Of a stretch of DNA of 64,000 nucleotides, positions 36,300-48,915 are shown piece by piece. How positions within the stretch are numbered: position 1 is the first letter of the stretch; every line of letters starts with the position of its first letter. The notes under the pieces are model-generated. The model did no database searches, was not told the origin of the DNA, and saw nothing but the letters and a program-made list of their open reading frames with translations. Origin of the DNA: Octopus sinensis (lineage: Eukaryota); assembly GCF_006345805.1 (NCBI RefSeq), contig NC_042999.1, forward strand, positions 68,324,001 through 68,388,000, in the 5' to 3' direction. The position numbers were made by a program, and so were the translations under genes.

Positions 36300-36624
36300 T
36301 AAACGAAAAATAGAAAATTTATGGTGGGAACAAAAGAAAAGGGTGGAAGGTAAAAGAACATCTAATTTGAAGTAGCTGGAAGAATGGGCTAAAATTCCTT
36401 CTGATTTGTGTCTGGAGCTATTTGAAAACTACCCTGGCAGACACGATACACAGTCGAATGCTTTAAAATGTCCCAATGATTTTGAATTATTCAATTATTT
36501 TGCTTATCTGTTTTGCTCGTTAAAAATAAATTATTTTGATTGGTGTTCCTTAAACAATTGTGCCTACATTGCCCCATAAAAACGCATTTTTCACAAGGGG
36601 TACCAATAATTGTGCGCATGACTG
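36300..36624 (+). mobile_element. Tc1-like 3' remnant
   Basis: EEWAKIP..C..L transposase C-terminus; end ...gcgcatgactg|TA (CAGT-type TIR). Confidence 0.6.
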
Positions 36625-36969
36625 TATAAATATGAGTGTAGGACAAAACCCACACGGACAAAAGCCCCACGGTTATATTTTTCGGTTATTTCTTTTGTTT
36701 CACTCATTAGACTGTCTTTGCTGGGGCAACGTCTTGAAGCAGTTTTAGGTTACTGTATCGACGCCAGAATTTTTTATATTTTTACTTGTTGCAGTTATTA
36801 AACTGCGGCCATGTTGGGGCACCGCCTTGAAGACTTTTTAGTCACAGAAAAATCAGCATTTTGAAATTTAAATTTAAAGTATTTTGTTTTCTTCTCTCAG
36901 TACTTACAGATTAATGAGAATTAGCTGATCTTTTGAACTTTCTCCGGCCGTTGAAGGTCTAACAGAATT

Positions 36970-37037
36970 ATGGCGCCAAAGACTAGTCTTTCAAACGTTC
37001 TTCTTATCGTTTTTACTATTCCTACACATTTCTTGAA
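36970..37037 (+). CDS. Possible start exon (MAPKTSLSNVLLIVFTIPTHFL), signal-peptide-like
   Basis: Strong acceptor ttttgttttcttctctcag at 36900, ATGGCG start, AA|gtaaat donor; no partner exons identified. Confidence 0.2.
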
Positions 37038-37188
37038 GTAAATGCTTTCCCTTTTGTTAGAATTCAGACAATATGTATATTGAGTGGTAAAGAGTCTTGT
37101 GTTCTGTTATTTAATTCTACTTATTTATTTTCGATTGAATATATTTATTTACTTAAAAATGGGAATTTTGGAAAATAAAAGATAATTA

Positions 37189-37597
37189 GGATCTTTTCGG
37201 TTTGAACGGTAGTTTTTAATATAATTTCTAGGAAACTAAAAAATTTTAAACTTCGTATACTGGTAGAATGTGTTTATAAAACATCTTTTTCTCTTGGCTT
37301 TATTGAGAAAATTCTATAGTTTGTAAGATATTTGTTGTCTTTTTCTTCGATTTCTGCAATTTCAACCAATCACTGACGTCCATTGAGGTAAACAACATTC
37401 TGTGCCGTATGAATATGTCCCTCGTTTAAGAAACAGATTGGGTTTATTTACATTTCTGAAGAAAAAAAAGATACCCTTCACCCTAACCAACCCTAAAATA
37501 GATTGAAATGCAATAGATCGATACTAGGGTCATAATTATGTGTGACAATTTCATATGACTCCGCTAGAAAAACTGGCCGTTCAAACCGAAAAGATCC
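37189..37597. mobile_element. MITE, GGATC-TIR family
   Basis: TIRs; TSD gataatta/gataattt. Confidence 0.85.
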
Positions 37598-38938
37598 GAT
37601 AATTTTCTTTACAACGCGATCTCCGTTTTTGTTAACGTGAAATTATATATAAAAAAAAATTATAGATTTGGCTGTTATTTCTAGCATGTGCAGAGACCTT
37701 CTAGGCTTAACTTCATTCGCTGGTTGAAAAGAATTAAAAAAAATTATAGGGTCGATACATTCGACAAATAATTCTTCAAGCTGGCCCCAGCATGGCCTCA
37801 GTCAAATGATTGCAACAAGTAAAAAGAAAAAAAAAAAAAACTCGGATATATCACAGAAGTGGTTTTGATCGGGATTAAAAAAAATTCTGAGTTCCATACA
37901 GCCATCTAAAAATGCTTCAAGGTTGCGCCCCAACATGGCCGACCGCAGTCTAATAACTGCAAGAAGTAAAAAAAAAAAAAAACCCCAAAAAACTCTGGGG
38001 TCGATATGTTCAGCTAAAATTTTTCAAGGCGGTGCCCCAGCATGGTCACAATCTAATGACTGAAACAAGTAAAAGATGGGAAAAGATTTCTACAGAAGTC
38101 AACTCGCAAGGCTTGAGTAGGCCGGGGGTTATTGTAGAAGACGTCCCAGGTGCCACGCAATGGAACTGAACTGGAACACATGTTGTTGAGAGCCAATCTT
38201 CTTACCAGCCAAATCTGCATGTATCTAAATTACAATATAATAATAATAGTAGAAAGAAACTGCATAATATTACAGTATAATAATTACATTATATATATAA
38301 TAATTATATTATAGTATATAATGAATTTTATTGTGTTTTGCTATGCACACGATTCGTTGGTCCGTAGAAATGTCTTGCATAAAAGCGGTCTGGGAAGCAA
38401 GAAAAGTTGTGGATCGCTGCTTTAAGTTATAAGGAGTTATTTCCCTTCGATGATACAAATTTGTTTTTTTTTTCGAATTTTAGCAGAAACATCTTTACTG
38501 AAGGAAAGAAAATTGAGATGATGCAATAGTGAAAGAGTACAAAGTTCTCATGCAATATTTTTCATAGGAAGGGTACTCTACTGGGTGGGCATGTGAGGAC
38601 TGAAACTGGCAAATTACCATGTTAGAAAAAGTGATTTTAAACTTTAAAAAATTACTCGACATCATGGCAAAGAAACAATTGTATTAACGCAAACACTCTT
38701 TGCCTGGTTATTAGTAAAGACAGGAAGGGAGCAGCCTTCGACTAAATCTATTTAAGGGGATTTTTACATGCTATTATTTATAATTTTATATGCTTCGAGA
38801 GTCACTGCTCGCAAAAAGAATTTTCACGAAAGTAGTGGATATGTAACGAATCCTGCAAGCATAAAGTGGATTCGATCCACCATAGCCAAATTTAAATCAA
38901 CACTGCTACAGAACTTTTCCCATGGTGGAACAATGGTT

Positions 38939-39356
38939 GGATCTTTTGAACGGCAGTTTTTTCTAGCGGTGTCATATGAAATTGTCACCCATAATTATGA
39001 CCCTAGTATCGATCTATTGCATTTCAATCTATTTTAGATTTAGGGTTGGTTAGGGTTAGGGGTGGGGAGAAGGATATCTTTTTTTCTTCAGAAATGTAAA
39101 TAAACCCAATCTGTTTCTTAAACGAGAGACATATTCATACGGCACAGAATGTTGTTTACCTCAATGGACGTCAGTGATTGGTTGAAATTGCAGAAATTGA
39201 AGAAAAAAACAACAAATATTTTTAAAATTATAGAATTTTCTTATTAAAGCCAAGAGAAAAAGATGTTTTATAAATACATTCTACCAGTATACGAAGTTTA
39301 AAATTTTTTAGTTACCTAGAAATTGTTAAAAACTGCCGTTCAAAACGAAAAGATCC
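38939..39356. mobile_element. MITE, GGATC-TIR family (opposite orientation)
   Basis: Perfect 8-bp TSD caatggtt (38931-38938, 39357-39364). Confidence 0.85.
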
Positions 39357-39599
39357 CAATGGTTTTTCTCTGATAGCAGTTTTACATTTCCCAAATGCCT
39401 TTAGCTAGGCCAAAATAATGTCTTCACCACTTGACCCTTCCTAACCTCTTCTTCTTCACCAAAAGCTAGAAAAGATAACATAGACCACCACCTAAACCTA
39501 TTGTTCTCAGCGATATACCTATCCTTCTGGATCTTAATATAAGCAAGCACATTCCAAGCAAAAACCAGTTAGTCACCACTCGGTGACAACTCAGGGAGA

Positions 39600-40366
39600 A
39601 CGTAGTCTGGCTGACCAGCTACAATCTTGGCCAGAGGGAGAAATGAAGTTACTGTGAGACAACACCCTATAATTCTCTCTAGCCCTAATTCTGTTCTCCT
39701 ACAACAACATTCTATCGCTATCTGTGGATTACTACTAACAATACGTATAAGTAAAACTATGTAAACAAACATTCTACCGCAGCAAACTTTACTTTCGCAC
39801 GCCTTTGGATTTATTATCAACCTGCTCGTCGAGGCAGGGTATTTGTAACGTAACGGTAAATAAATACTTTCTTTAAACTTTATGAATTGTCTATCTTTTA
39901 CATCCTACAACATGCAATCATAATAACCAATGGGCATGGACACATTGATGTCTGGCAGCTGACTTGGCAGACACCCATAAAATTATTAACCATCTTACAA
40001 ACAATAACACTGAGCACCTTTTCAAACTCCATCTGTCTAACACCCGTGGACATGTTTACAAAGTCAGAAAACAGCACAGCTCCCATGACTTTGGGAAGCA
40101 TTTTTTCACGCTAAGTGTTGCTGAAGCATGGAACAAACTGCCGGCATCAGTTGTTAGTTGTCGGAGCACTGCATCCTTCAAAACTTCCATGCTTCCTGAG
40201 ATTCGCCAACACTACACCTGATTATCTCCCCTCCATACAAACGCAAGCGTGTATCTGACTCATACACTGTTCGCTTTCCAGACATTTGTACATTACTGCA
40301 TATACTTTATACGCACTTTTTGACAAGTTGTGGTGCACCTGAGCACTGTATACAATAGTTTCTTTA

Positions 40367-40402
<36 letters not shown>
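39600..40402 (+). mobile_element. CR1/L2-clade LINE 3' fragment with (ATT)n tail
   Basis: ..THKII..HLFKL..SNTRGH..K..HFFTLSVAEAWNKLPASVV..S...FK C-terminal motif. Confidence 0.75.
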
Positions 40403-40403
<1 letters not shown>

Positions 40404-40724
40404 CGTCACAACTGTTGCTGACAACATCATCATAACTTTATATACTAAATCAAAAATCTACCGTTAGAGATAGGTTAAGAAGCTTACCGCATAACCGTGT
40501 AGTCTTCGTTTCAGTCCCACCGCGCGGCACCTTGGTTCGACCAAAGGCTTGTGAGTGAATTTGTATGGCGGAAACCGTGAAGAAAGCCATGCTCTAAATG
40601 CCATTTCCTGTTTCTATTTTCCCATCTAAAACTTTCACCAAGCGTCAATATTCACTCTGTACATATGATTGACTTTTGTGTTTTCTCTTATACTCGTTTG
40701 TTAGTATTGGTTTGCCTATATATA

Positions 40725-41096
40725 GGCGCAGGAGTGGCTGTGTGGTAAGTAGCTTGCTTACCAACCACATGGTTCCGGGTTCATTCCCACTTAGGTAAGT
40801 GTCTTCTATTATAGCCTCGGGCCGACCAAAGCCTTGTGAGTGGATTTAGTAGACGGAAACTGAAAGAAGCCAGCCGTGTATATGTATATTAATATGTATG
40901 TGTGTGTATTTATATGTTTGTGTTTGTCCCGCCAACATCGCTTGAAACCGATGGTGGTGTGTTTACATCCCCTTAACTTAGCGGTTCGACAAAAGAAAGC
41001 GATAGAATAAGTACTAGGCTTACAAAGAATAAGTCCTGGGTCGATTTGCTCGACTAAAGGCGGTACTCTAGTCAAATGACTGAAACAAGTAAAAGA

Positions 41097-41098
<2 letters not shown>
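40725..41098 (+). mobile_element. SINE family B
   Basis: Full head to tail, ending at (TA)n. Confidence 0.9.
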
Positions 41099-41163
<65 letters not shown>

Positions 41164-41195
41164 CAAAATAAGCAACAACGATATCCAGAAGGTAA

Positions 41196-41282
41196 TGCAG
41201 TACGATCGTTTCATACAACTCCGTTTAACTGAACAATTCAATCATTACATCAATTTAAAATGCAGAGCAATCCTCAGCTGCA
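41196..41282 (-). ncRNA. Type I hammerhead-like motif, long helix II
   Basis: TGCAG-CTGAGGA-..CTCTG..CGGAG..-GAAA-CGATCGT-A-CTGCA. Palindromic helix III ACGATCGT; the base of helix II is imperfect. Confidence 0.55.
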
Positions 41283-41390
41283 TAAAGACATAGAATTTAA
41301 TGAAATTAGAACAGATGGACACAGTATAATTATACCTAAAATCTCCAAGAAGTCAAGGAGATAGACAAAGAACATGCTGTTCTTACTCCA

Positions 41391-41467
<77 letters not shown>

Positions 41468-41863
41468 TAGGTTGGTCTATTGATCAGTTGAGAAAAATAG
41501 AAAGACAAAAAAATTAATGCTACTTTCGCCAGAGCCATTTCTGGTTATAAGAAAGCAGGACACTTGTAGTAAGCCTCTTAGTAATGTACCTATAATGACT
41601 ACTGGAACAAATTTGCTCCAATGAAGAAGAAATATGTAATGACCATTATTTATACGTTGTCTTATATATCACTCTATGTAAAAAGCAGTATAAGTGGTGC
41701 ACAACCTCGGATTTACAAAATAGAATTTTGATGAACCACAACCTTGGACCTTGCCATAAGAATACCTGGAGTTCTTCACTAATCTAAATAATATTGTTAG
41801 CCTGATGTGCCAACAGAGAGCTTATGAAGTATTTTCCCGGATTGATAATCTCTCACTATTTGT

Positions 41864-41943
<80 letters not shown>

Positions 41944-41947
<4 letters not shown>

Positions 41948-42470
41948 GTCCCAAAAGTCCTTGATGAGTTTCAATTCTTAATAACTTCCTTAACTTTACA
42001 AATAAATGCATGAAATTTTGATACAATATAAAGGACATAATAGAAATTAATATGAACAAGTCAAATTTTGTAACACCATTACATCACATATGAAAAATGA
42101 CATCGCTTAAATGGCACCCATTTTCGGCTTCTCACGCCCGTGCTCTTTCCAAAACTTGCACCATAACACCCTCAAAAGTTTCAGACCTCACTTCTCTGAT
42201 TTCTCTATCGACGTTCTCTTTGAGTTGCACCAGGGTCTAAAGTTTGTTGAAGTAAACTCTCTCTTTCAGGTATCCCCACAAGAAAAAATCCGTGCTTGTC
42301 AAGTCTGGGGAATATGAAAGCCAGTTGACATTGCCATTGTGGGAGATTATTCTCTCTCCAAAGCACTTCCATAGCAACTGCATTGTTTCTCTTGAGGTAT
42401 GAGAAGTTGCCCCATATTGCTGGAACCATGTGTGAGGTCTACTTTGTATGCCTTGTTGTATTCGCAAATT
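41944..42470 (-). mobile_element. rosa-type (DD41D) Tc1/mariner remnant
   Basis: FQQ(D>Y)GATSH...W..YSPDLT..DFFLWGYLKERVY with 41 residues between the catalytic positions; TA-GGGTGTCC end. Confidence 0.7.
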
Positions 42471-42640
42471 CGCAAAAATTTTCTGAAAATTTCAAGAAAT
42501 AAAAATTTAAGCGGGGGTGGGGTGGTGGTGGTTACAAGGGTTGCTTAAACCAGAATTCTGCTAACGTTTTCACACACAAAGAATTGTTGATGTATAGAAT
42601 AAACAACTCGCATCGGTTGTTATCTGTCGGGACACTATAT

Positions 42641-42870
42641 GTTTCTTTACTACCCACAAGGGGCCACACACAGAGGGGACAAACAAGGACAGAGAAACGG
42701 ATTAAGTCGATTACATCGACCCCAGTGCGTAACTGGTACTTAATTTTATCGACCCCTAAAGGATGAAAGGCAAAGTCGACCTCGGCGGAATTTGAACTCT
42801 GAACGTAACGGCAGACGAAATGCGGCTACACATTTCACCCGGCGTGCTAACGGTTCTGCCACTCGCCGCC
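42641..42870 (-). mobile_element. SINE family A with TSD tctgtcgggaca
   Basis: Full copy; repeated flank at about 42623 and 42873. Confidence 0.85.
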
Positions 42871-42997
42871 TTCTGTCGGGACATTATATCCTGCAAAACT
42901 TCCACGCTTCCTGAATTTCACCAATAATACACTTGATGTCCCCCAGACTTTTCTTTTTAAAGACTCATACACTGTTCACTTCCTGCGCATTGTTAAA

Positions 42998-44286
42998 CGA
43001 GGGGCGTTCAATAAGTAATGCCCCTGACCCACTTGCAGTTGTTTGATCTAGCTGAAATTTTGCATGTGCAATTATTTATATCTTTATAGATTAAGTGGCA
43101 AATTACAGCTCTGAACTAATGGTGGTTTCTGATTTACAGGTGTTTGAACTGAGTCAAGTGTGAAACGGAGCCTGTTGAGTGTCGAGCAGTGATGCGGTTT
43201 TTGTATTTGAGAGGACGCACACCACGGGAGACTTTTGATGAAATAAAAGTAACTTATGGTGATGATGCCCCATCATATGACCTTGTAAAACGCTGGCATC
43301 GTGAATTCAAACATGGTCGGAACTTTGTGAAAACAGCTCCCAGATCTGGTCGCCCCCTTCTGCCATTGATGAGGCATCTGTCCGTCAAGTTGAGGCTGCC
43401 ATTTTGGAAGATCGACGCATAACTATTCGCCAAATAGCCCATGAGGTCAAGATTAGTACCGGGTCTGTGGAAACTATCATTCATGACCATTTGCATATGC
43501 AAAAGGTGTCTGCCAGATGGATTCCCAGGTTGCTCATACCTTTCCAGAAGCAAGAACGCGTCGATTGCGTGAGGATGAATTTGAAGATGTGCCAAGAAGA
43601 TGAGTCAAAATTTTTCAAAAGACTGATTACACAGGATGAAACCTGGGTCCATCACTATGATCCAGAGACCAAAGCCCAGTCAATGCAGTGGAAGCACCGT
43701 GACTCACCTCCTCCAAAGAAGGCAAGGGTGCAGCCCTCCGCTGGCAAGGTCATACTCACAGTCTTCTGGGACCAGGACGGAGTAGTGATGACAGATTTCC
43801 TGGCAAAGGGTGCCACAATTACAGGAGTCTATTATACTTCACTTTTGAGGAAATTAAGAGAAGCTATCAAAATCAAGAGGCGGGGCAAAATCAGCAAAAG
43901 CCTCCTCCTCCTGCAGGACAACGCTCCGATCCACAACTCGCGTGTCGCCAGATCAGAAGCACAAGCGTGCGGCTATGAACTCCTCCCCCATCCCCCTACT
44001 CTCCTGACATTGCACCCTCTGATTTTCACCTTCCCAGCCATGAAGTAGTTTTTGAAAGGAAAGCGTTTCCCAGATGATGCAGCCTTGATTTCTGAAGTCA
44101 CGTCGTGGTTGGAGGACCAAGCTGGGGTCTTCTACAAAAACGGTCTCCAGAGCTGCATCAAACGATGGGAGAAATGCGTAACACTGGGTGGTTCCTATGT
44201 AAAAAAAGACTAATAACTGTGCCAAGTTTCGTTGCTCTACTGCTATGGGAAGTGGGTCAGGGGCATTACTTATTGAACGCCCCTCG
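42998..44286 (+). mobile_element. Near-complete mariner (DD34D), 1289 bp, inserted in a CR1 3' tail
   Basis: 37-bp perfect TIR cgaggggcgttcaataagtaatgcccctgacccactt; TA on the right flank; WIPRLL, TQDETW, QDNAP and YSPDIAPSD with 34-residue spacing. Confidence 0.95.
43168..44211 (+). pseudogene. Mariner transposase pseudogene
   Basis: Apparent start ATG>ACG near 43168; frameshifts after RSGRP and around ELLPHPP/YSPDIAPSDFH. Confidence 0.85.
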
Positions 44287-44809
44287 TATATACTGCTCAT
44301 GCAGCTTTGGTTACTTTTTCTGATGAATTGTAGTGCATCTGAGCACTGTTTGCAATATCTTTATTATTATTGTTATCGAGTGAGAGAGAAGTGTATGCTA
44401 TCAAAGTGATACTGGGGTACAAATATACGAAGCCCAGTATACTCAACATGACTACCCGTCTGATAAGAGTACACTAGGCAATGCATCACAACCATATGTG
44501 CACGACATGGTGATGCTCCTCCACTATTTCTGCTCGTGATCAGAGAGGCACACCTTGCCAGCCACTAAGGGACATGCTCAACTGGTTAAGGTCAAACAAC
44601 TGGCAAGCAGATTTGTGGTATTGAGTAAAATATATGCTGTAGCCCATCTTTTATACCAAGACAAAACAATCTACATGATAACACTTCCAATCAGTTAAGA
44701 TAAGAAGCCATGAGAGCCGCTGCCTGGTACTGCATTATGGCAATCATCATCATCATCATTATTATTATTAATATTATTATCATTATTATTACTATTATTA
44801 ATGATAATG

Positions 44810-45010
44810 AGGCGGTGAGCTGGCAGAATCGTTAGCACGTTGAGCGAAATCCTTACAGTTATTTCATCTGCTGCTACGTTCTGAGTTCAAACTCCGCTGA
44901 GGTCGACTTTGCCTTTCCTCCTTTCAGGGTCGATAAATTAAGTACCAGTGAAATGTAATCTACTAACCCCCATCCCCTAATTTCAGGCCTTGTGCCTATA
45001 GTAGAAAGGA
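44810..45010 (+). mobile_element. SINE family A variant
   Basis: Head, core and (ATT)n tail. Confidence 0.8.
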
Positions 45011-46113
45011 TTATTATTATTATTATTATTATTATAAATCAACTTCAAGTGGTACCCCTCCTGAGTTGATAGAGTATAATACTAATCACGTATCTGGTGT
45101 CGATATAAGTGAAAGTTTAGTGCCTAAATAAGCATATATATAATGGAGAGAGAGAGAGGGAGGGAGAGAGAGAGAGAATGGGAGACAGATAAACAGAGAC
45201 AAACAGAGGGAGGGAGAGAATTGTGGTGGGGAGGTCTTAAATTCTTTCTTTTTTTTTTGCATGAGATGCAAGGGAAACAACCAATTAAAACAGAAAAAAC
45301 TTTAGAGAGTTATGCCCCCTGAAAATAAAACACTCGGACTATTTCGGACGAGATTATAAGCGGACGCATGAAACTGCCATACTTATCACCCTATAATAAT
45401 CACCATGTATATCATCATTATCATCATTATCATCATCATCATCTTCGCATGTATGTATGTACGTGTGTGTGTGTATATATATGTATGTGTGTGAGTGTGC
45501 CGGTATATCTGTATAGACACATACACATATGCATGTATATATGTGTACATATATGTGCATATATATATATATATATATACACGCATCCACTCACATGCAT
45601 GCATACATACATACATACATGCATACATACATACATACATACATACATACATACATACATACATACATACATACATACAAACAAACAAACAAACAAACAA
45701 ACAAACAAACAAACGCACACATATAAAATAGCCACCCCTCTATCAAACTTAACGTATATACATTTTTGAAAATGGTTTCGTCCGAGATAAAATCTCTTCG
45801 CAGACAAGCTGTGTTCACATGTTTAAACAGATTTTGGTAAGCAAATGGTTACCGAGTATTTGTCATTACAAGGTTCAAAAATGTTCTCGTTTCGCCCCGA
45901 TGTATCCATTATGCTTTTAACAATAAGTTTACGGAGAGGTTTTTCTAATTTTCTTTAGGAACGAAAACCACAGTATCATGTCTGTCAATAGTGTATATAC
46001 GTTAAGCATGATACTGTATGGCTATTTTAATACAATACTGTTTCAGTTGTGTACACCGAGTTTTTACACACACGAACATACATATTTATATATTACAAAC
46101 ATATATTAATTCA

Positions 46114-46277
46114 ATACAGTTCTATATTTAAGAGATGAGGAATTATGTACATTATTTACATTTGACGGATAATTGTCCTCATCTTGTTTGTTGTTAACAC
46201 AACGTTTCGGCTGGTATACCCTCCAGCTTTCATCAGGTGTCTTGGGGAAATTTCGAACCTAGGTTCTCATTCCTAAG

Positions 46278-46282
<5 letters not shown>
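46114..46282 (-). mobile_element. 5'-truncated inverted copy of the hammerhead SINE-like element (motif 46196-46241)
   Basis: Mirror of 46490-46640; GACAC-CTGATGA-A-AGCTG..CAGCC-GAAA-CGT-T-GTGTT. Confidence 0.8.
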
Positions 46283-46312
<30 letters not shown>

Positions 46313-46333
46313 GTTATTATTATTATTCCCACA

Positions 46334-46423
46334 GGCATATGGCGTAGTTGTTAAGAGTACGGGCTACTAACCCCAACATTCCGAGTTCGATTCCAGACAG
46401 TGACCGGAATAATAATATTAATG

Positions 46424-46465
<42 letters not shown>

Positions 46466-46640
46466 TCAACAACAACAACAGCAACATCGAAAAATACCTT
46501 AGGAATGAGAACCCAGGTTCGAAATTTCCCTAAGACACCTGATGAAGGCTGGAACGTTGTGTTAACAGCCGAAACGTTGTGTTCACAACAAACAAAATGA
46601 GGACAAATATCCGTCAACTGTAAATAATGTAAATAATGTA
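46334..46640 (+). mobile_element. tRNA-headed SINE-like element containing a hammerhead (46534-46583)
   Basis: A box TGGCGTAGTTG, anticodon arm GGG-CTACTAA-CCC, B box GAGTTCGATTCC, (AAT)n spacer, then GACAC-CTGATGA-A-GGCTG..CAGCC-GAAA-CGT-T-GTGTT. Confidence 0.75.
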
Positions 46641-47029
46641 TATATTAATCTATATATGTATATATAACTGGTGGCCTATTGGTACCTGAAGCTCTTAGTA
46701 ACCAATGGTCACTCGGATTTCGTTCTACTGCCATCGCGCTGTCCGATTGACCAACAGAATACTGGGGCCCATTTCCTTGCATTTAGCTTTTAAGATGAAA
46801 CCACTCCACAGGCTAGGTGCGCAGGAAATTTATTACATCCTCAGTTTAGCTAACTTTCAACCTCTAGCGAATAGGCTACGTGCTGGATTCCGTGAGTTAT
46901 TCCTTCCGTAAGATCAATGGTCCGGTATTTTTGTAGCTTGGCTGGATCGGCCAGGGTATACGCCACCGTTGCACCACTATGAGGTACTGAAATAATATTT
47001 CGTGAAATGAAAGCAGTGTTGAAATCTCA

Positions 47030-47560
47030 GGAAATACAAGGTATCAAGGTGCAATACATCAAGCTGTTCAGAGATGAGAATTCTGGATGTACAACAGATA
47101 CAGTTCTACTGTCACCACTAGCAAGGAGAGATCATCTCTCCAAAGCTCTTTGCCGCATGTCTAGAAATGGTCATCAAGAACACTGACTGGACAGGTGGCG
47201 TGACCATCAATGGCGAGCATCTAACACAACTCCGATTTGCAGATGACATTGTACTCATCGGTGAAACCAAAGACCAACTGCAGACCATGCTGACAAAATT
47301 GAAAACTCAAATCTTAACTGTAAGTCTTAAACTGAACCACATGAAAACAAAATATATCTCATCGGAAGAGATAGTACAAGGCTGAACAGAGGTGGGAAAT
47401 CGAGGAGGTAAAGGAGTACGTCTACTTAAGCAACACAGTGTATTTGCGCCGAGAAATGGATGCTGAAATTTGAAAGAAAATAAGAGCAAGATGGAAGGCA
47501 TTTAACTCAAACGATGCAGAAACGATTTAGTCATGCATTTTCGGTCAAGATGGAAAGGAA
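47030..47560 (+). mobile_element. RTE-like LINE reverse transcriptase fragment
   Basis: ISPKLF..CLE...GVTINGEHLTQLRFADDIVLI...LKLN..KTK. Confidence 0.8.
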
Positions 47561-47636
47561 TGGAACAATGAAGACAGTATTGGAAGCGAATTGTGACCAG
47601 CGGTGTATAATAGCATCTTATGGTCTGGTCGATACT

Positions 47637-47673
<37 letters not shown>

Positions 47674-48049
47674 GTATGGTATTATTTTGGTGCCTTTAAC
47701 TTAAGTACCATATTCATCTGAATCTAAATTTTGCTGAACTTATATGTATATATATAGACATATTTCCTTGTGGTAGATACTACCCAACGAAGAGGTAATA
47801 TGAACGTAAACTAGCTATTTGATAAATTGAGATCGATAAAATGAGTACCAGACTAAGTAACTAAGCATTGAGATCGATATTATTGCCAAAACCTTTGAGG
47901 GTGGTGATGATCACTTTCAGGGTACTTTTTAAATACTTACGGTAAGATAGATATTAATGTTACACTCTAATGGGTTTTTTTCCTTTCTTTGAAGATAACG
48001 TTATACCATTGCGTTTAAATGCGTATACTCTTTTAAACTGTGCCTAAAA

Positions 48050-48760
48050 TTAGACTCATATCAAGCGCTGCATGCTGCATGAACTCAAAATAGAAGCTTC
48101 AGAAATGGAAGCAGCAAGAAATATTCTTTGTATCCATGGAAATGAAGCTTCAAGCGTCCGGATATGCCAATAGTAGCTTGGCCAGTTTTTTCTTGGGAAA
48201 TTTCTCTCTTGACGATTCTCCTTGATTTGAAGCACCAAGTTGTTGAGGAAAATTCAAAGCAAGCGACATGAGAATTAGTGAATCAGTTCAATTCAAGTCA
48301 CACTTCGATCATAAAACACCTTCAAGAACAAGAAAAGTGTTTAAACTTTGTCAGCAGAACCCTCATTATCTGACTGCTTTTCAGCTTAACCAAAGAGTTG
48401 CCATTTTGCTTGTTATTGAAAAGTAGACTTGCTAACAAAATTTTTTGAGGAGAATCATCACAAGTAAGTACTCTATGACCATATATAATGAAAATGATAA
48501 TGGTTAGAACTCAATGAAAAAGTAGATTCCATCTCCAAACAAGGACTACATACGAGAAAATGTTATATCTCTGTGTTTGGTGAGATATAAATGCTGTTGA
48601 AGTGTTAAATCAAAACGAAACAGTTGTTGTGGAGATATATTGTCGTCAATTAGAAGCACTGCATAAAAAAAAAACATGCAGAAAAAGGAAAAGCGGCCAA
48701 CATTGGTCAAACGTGTTACTCATACACAATAGTACTAGACAGCACATAGCTGAAGCCCTT
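48050..48760 (+). mobile_element. Highly decayed mariner remnant
   Basis: ..EIYCRQLEAL...VLLIHNSTRQH resembles the YCxQLxxL/LLHDNARPH region. Confidence 0.5.
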
Positions 48761-48797
48761 TACGAAAAGAATAAGAATATATATATTACGAAAAGAG

Positions 48798-48915
<118 letters not shown>

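Noticed and set aside
46334-46405. Functional tRNA-Ser(ACT) gene
   Set aside because: No acceptor-stem pairing or long variable arm, and ACT is not a standard eukaryotic anticodon; interpreted as a SINE head.
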